A stretch of 64,000 nucleotides of DNA, taken from the NCBI GenBank assembly GCA_965230295.1, contig OZ246001.1, positions 3,744,001 to 3,808,000 of the forward strand, read 5' to 3'. The notes under the pieces are model-generated. The model did no database searches and had not been told where the DNA came from. It saw nothing but the letters and a program-made list of their open reading frames with translations. The position numbers were made by a program, and so were the translations under genes. Source of the DNA: Marinicella sp. (lineage in GTDB: Bacteria > Pseudomonadota > Gammaproteobacteria > Xanthomonadales > Marinicellaceae). Of this stretch, positions 61,764 through 64,000 are shown one piece after another (position 1 is the stretch's first letter; each line of letters opens with the position of its first letter).

Positions 61764-63398
61764 ATGAAAAAAAGTAAAAATGTATATGTAATTATATTAT
61801 TGGCAGTATTAGGCCATCAAGCTGCGTTTGCACAGTTTACAAGTGAATTAAATCTGTCAGATCTGAATGGTCAAAATGGCTTGATCATCATTGGTGAAAA
61901 TGGAATTGATTTTTTTTCGGGCTACTCTGTCAGTTCAGCCGGTGATGTTAATGGAGATGATGTTGATGATTTAATTATTGGAGCCTTTGGAGCTGACTTG
62001 GATGGGCTGGAAGGTGCTGGTAAAAGTTATGTGGTCTTTGGTAGTGAGGGCCGTTTGCCCAACCCTATTAATCTGTCTAACCTCAACGGGCAAAATGGTT
62101 TTATGATCAACGGCGAAAACAGGGATGATGCCTCAGGTATTTCCGTCAGCTCAGCTGGTGATGTTAATGGAGATGATGTTGATGATTTGATCATTGGAGC
62201 CTTAAGAGGAAATCCGAATGGCCAGACAAATGCTGGTAAAAGTTATGTGGTTTTTGGGAGCGCCGATGGTTTTTCAAGTCCGTTTAACCTGTTCCTTCTC
62301 AACGGACAGAATGGCTTTATTATCGATGGCGAAAGTGCAGGTGATTTCTCGGGCCATTCAGTCAGTTCTGCCGGTGATGTTAATAATGATGGATTTGACG
62401 ATTTAATTATTGGAGCATTTGGTGCTAATACAGGTGGTCAGCCATTTGCAGGAAAAAGTTATGTGGTCTATGGTAGTGGAAATAGTTTTCCAAATCCTCT
62501 TAACCTGTCTACCCTCAATAGTGAGAACGGGTTTGCTATTAATGGCGAATTTGCAGGTGATGAATCTGGCCGTTCAGTCAGTTCTGCTGGCGATATAAAT
62601 GGTGACGGAGTGGGTGATTTTGTAATTGGAGCCCATCCTGCAGATTTGGGTGGAGATGTAAATGTTGGTAAAAGTTATGTAGTCTTTGGTAGAAACGGCG
62701 GTTTGACCGATCCGTTCAACCTGCTTCAACTCAACGGACGGAATGGCTTTGTCATTAATGGTGAAAATGCAGGTGATAATTCAGGCATCTCGGTTAATTC
62801 AGCCGGTGATATAAATGGTGATGGCATTGATGATTTAATCATCGGTGCTTCTGGTGCAGATCCAAATGGTCAGTCGAATGCTGGAAAAAGCTATGTATTT
62901 TTTGGCATTGAAGATGAGGAAGGGGAGTTGGTTTTCCCCAATCCGCTTAACTTAATTGACATTAACGGACAGAATGGCTTTGTGATTTATGGAGAAAATG
63001 CAGGTGATGAATCAGGTATTTCGGTCAGTTCAGCTGGGGATGTTAATGATGATGGAATTGATGATTTGATTATTGGAGCTAGTAAGGCAAATCCGAATGG
63101 TGCTTTTGGTGCTGGTAAAAGCTATGTGGTTTTTGGTAATTCGACCTGTTTTCCTAGCCCACTTTACTTATCAACCCTCAATGGTAACCATGGTTTCACT
63201 ATTAATGGCGAAAATGAAGGTGATGAATCTGGCATTTCCGTTAGTTCAGCTGGTGATTTTGATAATGATGGAATTGATGATTTGATTATTGGAGCCAGTA
63301 GAGCAGATCTGAAAGGAGCTTTTGGTGCTGGTAAAAGCTATGTGGTTTTTGGTGGCAAGAGCGATATGGTTTTTGCAGATGGTTTTGATTGTAATTAA
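61764..63398 (+). CDS. Secreted FG-GAP/integrin-alpha-like protein
   Basis: Signal peptide ending AFA, same repeats; ends DMVFADGFDCN. Confidence 0.92.
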   Translation: MKKSKNVYVIILLAVLGHQAAFAQFTSELNLSDLNGQNGLIIIGENGIDFFSGYSVSSAGDVNGDDVDDLIIGAFGADLDGLEGAGKSYVVFGSEGRLPNPINLSNLNGQNGFMINGENRDDASGISVSSAGDVNGDDVDDLIIGALRGNPNGQTNAGKSYVVFGSADGFSSPFNLFLLNGQNGFIIDGESAGDFSGHSVSSAGDVNNDGFDDLIIGAFGANTGGQPFAGKSYVVYGSGNSFPNPLNLSTLNSENGFAINGEFAGDESGRSVSSAGDINGDGVGDFVIGAHPADLGGDVNVGKSYVVFGRNGGLTDPFNLLQLNGRNGFVINGENAGDNSGISVNSAGDINGDGIDDLIIGASGADPNGQSNAGKSYVFFGIEDEEGELVFPNPLNLIDINGQNGFVIYGENAGDESGISVSSAGDVNDDGIDDLIIGASKANPNGAFGAGKSYVVFGNSTCFPSPLYLSTLNGNHGFTINGENEGDESGISVSSAGDFDNDGIDDLIIGASRADLKGAFGAGKSYVVFGGKSDMVFADGFDCN

Positions 63399-63487
63399 TA
63401 ATTAATAGTAAATTAAAAGAGTTTTTACGGTCAGGATACGGTGATCTTTTTATGAAAATTTTTATCTCTGTGGAGTTAATTAAACAT

Positions 63488-64000
63488 ATGAAAAAAACAA
63501 ATATATGTGTGTTCTTATTGTTACTGACAGTATTAAGCCATCAAACTGTGTTCGCGCAATTCCTCAGTGAATTTGAGCTGTCTGAATTGAATAATAAAAA
63601 TGGCTTTATTATCAAAGGTGAAAATGAAGGTGATCTTTCAGGCTTTTCTGTCAGTTCAGCAGGTGATGTCAATGGTGATGGGATTGATGATTTAATTATT
63701 GGGGCTTTCGGCGCAGATCCGGGCGGAGAGTCAAGTGCTGGTAAAAGTTATGTGATCTTTGGGAATAGGAATGGTTTCTCCAATCCGTTGAACCTATCCA
63801 CCCTAAACGGTGAAAACGGGTTTGTGATTAATGGCGAAGATACAGATGATTTTTCCGGCATTTCAATTAGTTCAGCAGGCGATGTCAATGGCGATGAGAT
63901 TGATGATTTAATTATTGGGGCCTCCGGTGCAGACCCAGGTGCTGTATCAAGAGCAGGTAAAAGTTATGTGATTTTTGGTAGTAGGATTAAATTTCCACAT
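63488..64000 (+). CDS. Secreted FG-GAP protein, partial (runs off the window)
   Basis: ATG 63488 MKKTNICVFLLLLTVLSHQTVFAQFLSEFEL..., then SAGDVNGDGIDDLIIGA repeats; not in the ORF track. Confidence 0.9.
   Translation, partial: MKKTNICVFLLLLTVLSHQTVFAQFLSEFELSELNNKNGFIIKGENEGDLSGFSVSSAGDVNGDGIDDLIIGAFGADPGGESSAGKSYVIFGNRNGFSNPLNLSTLNGENGFVINGEDTDDFSGISISSAGDVNGDEIDDLIIGASGADPGAVSRAGKSYVIFGSRIKFPH

Overview
AT-rich bacterial window (gene families look gammaproteobacterial; taxonomy not provable here) with two parts. (1) 1-38540 is a nested mobile island. It starts with a Tn7-like tnsA-tnsB-tnsC-tniQ operon on the minus strand, with tniQ cut by the window edge. Next come putative defence genes (DUF4238, two FRG proteins, a pentapeptide-repeat protein); two of them are integron cassettes with a textbook attC but no IntI. 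Then follow a Tn3-family transposase, a CadR/CDF/czcCBA and cusCBA metal-efflux block, a RosmerTA-like pair, two tyrosine recombinases each preceded by a candidate crossover site, and a DUF262-HEPN pair. The island closes with three 18-bp repeats and a terminal ACA at 38540 that look like a Tn7-type end. (2) 38541-64000 is a co-oriented cluster of secreted repeat proteins (DUF285/BspA, beta-helix, four FG-GAP/integrin-alpha-like, an HZS-alpha-like heme protein, a VPS10/BNR protein) around an AraC-type hybrid two-component system. Two unannotated patterns tie part 2 together: six proteins of four unrelated folds end in a shared D-x-[IV]-F-x-x-G-F-[DE]-like peptide (candidate sorting/anchoring signal), and six promoters carry a TGCAAC direct repeat with 21-bp period (20 in one copy) placed 37-38 bp upstream of a -10-like hexamer (candidate regulon of the hybrid sensor). 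No rRNA, tRNA or CRISPR array was recognised. All family calls come from motif recognition by eye, not from database searches.
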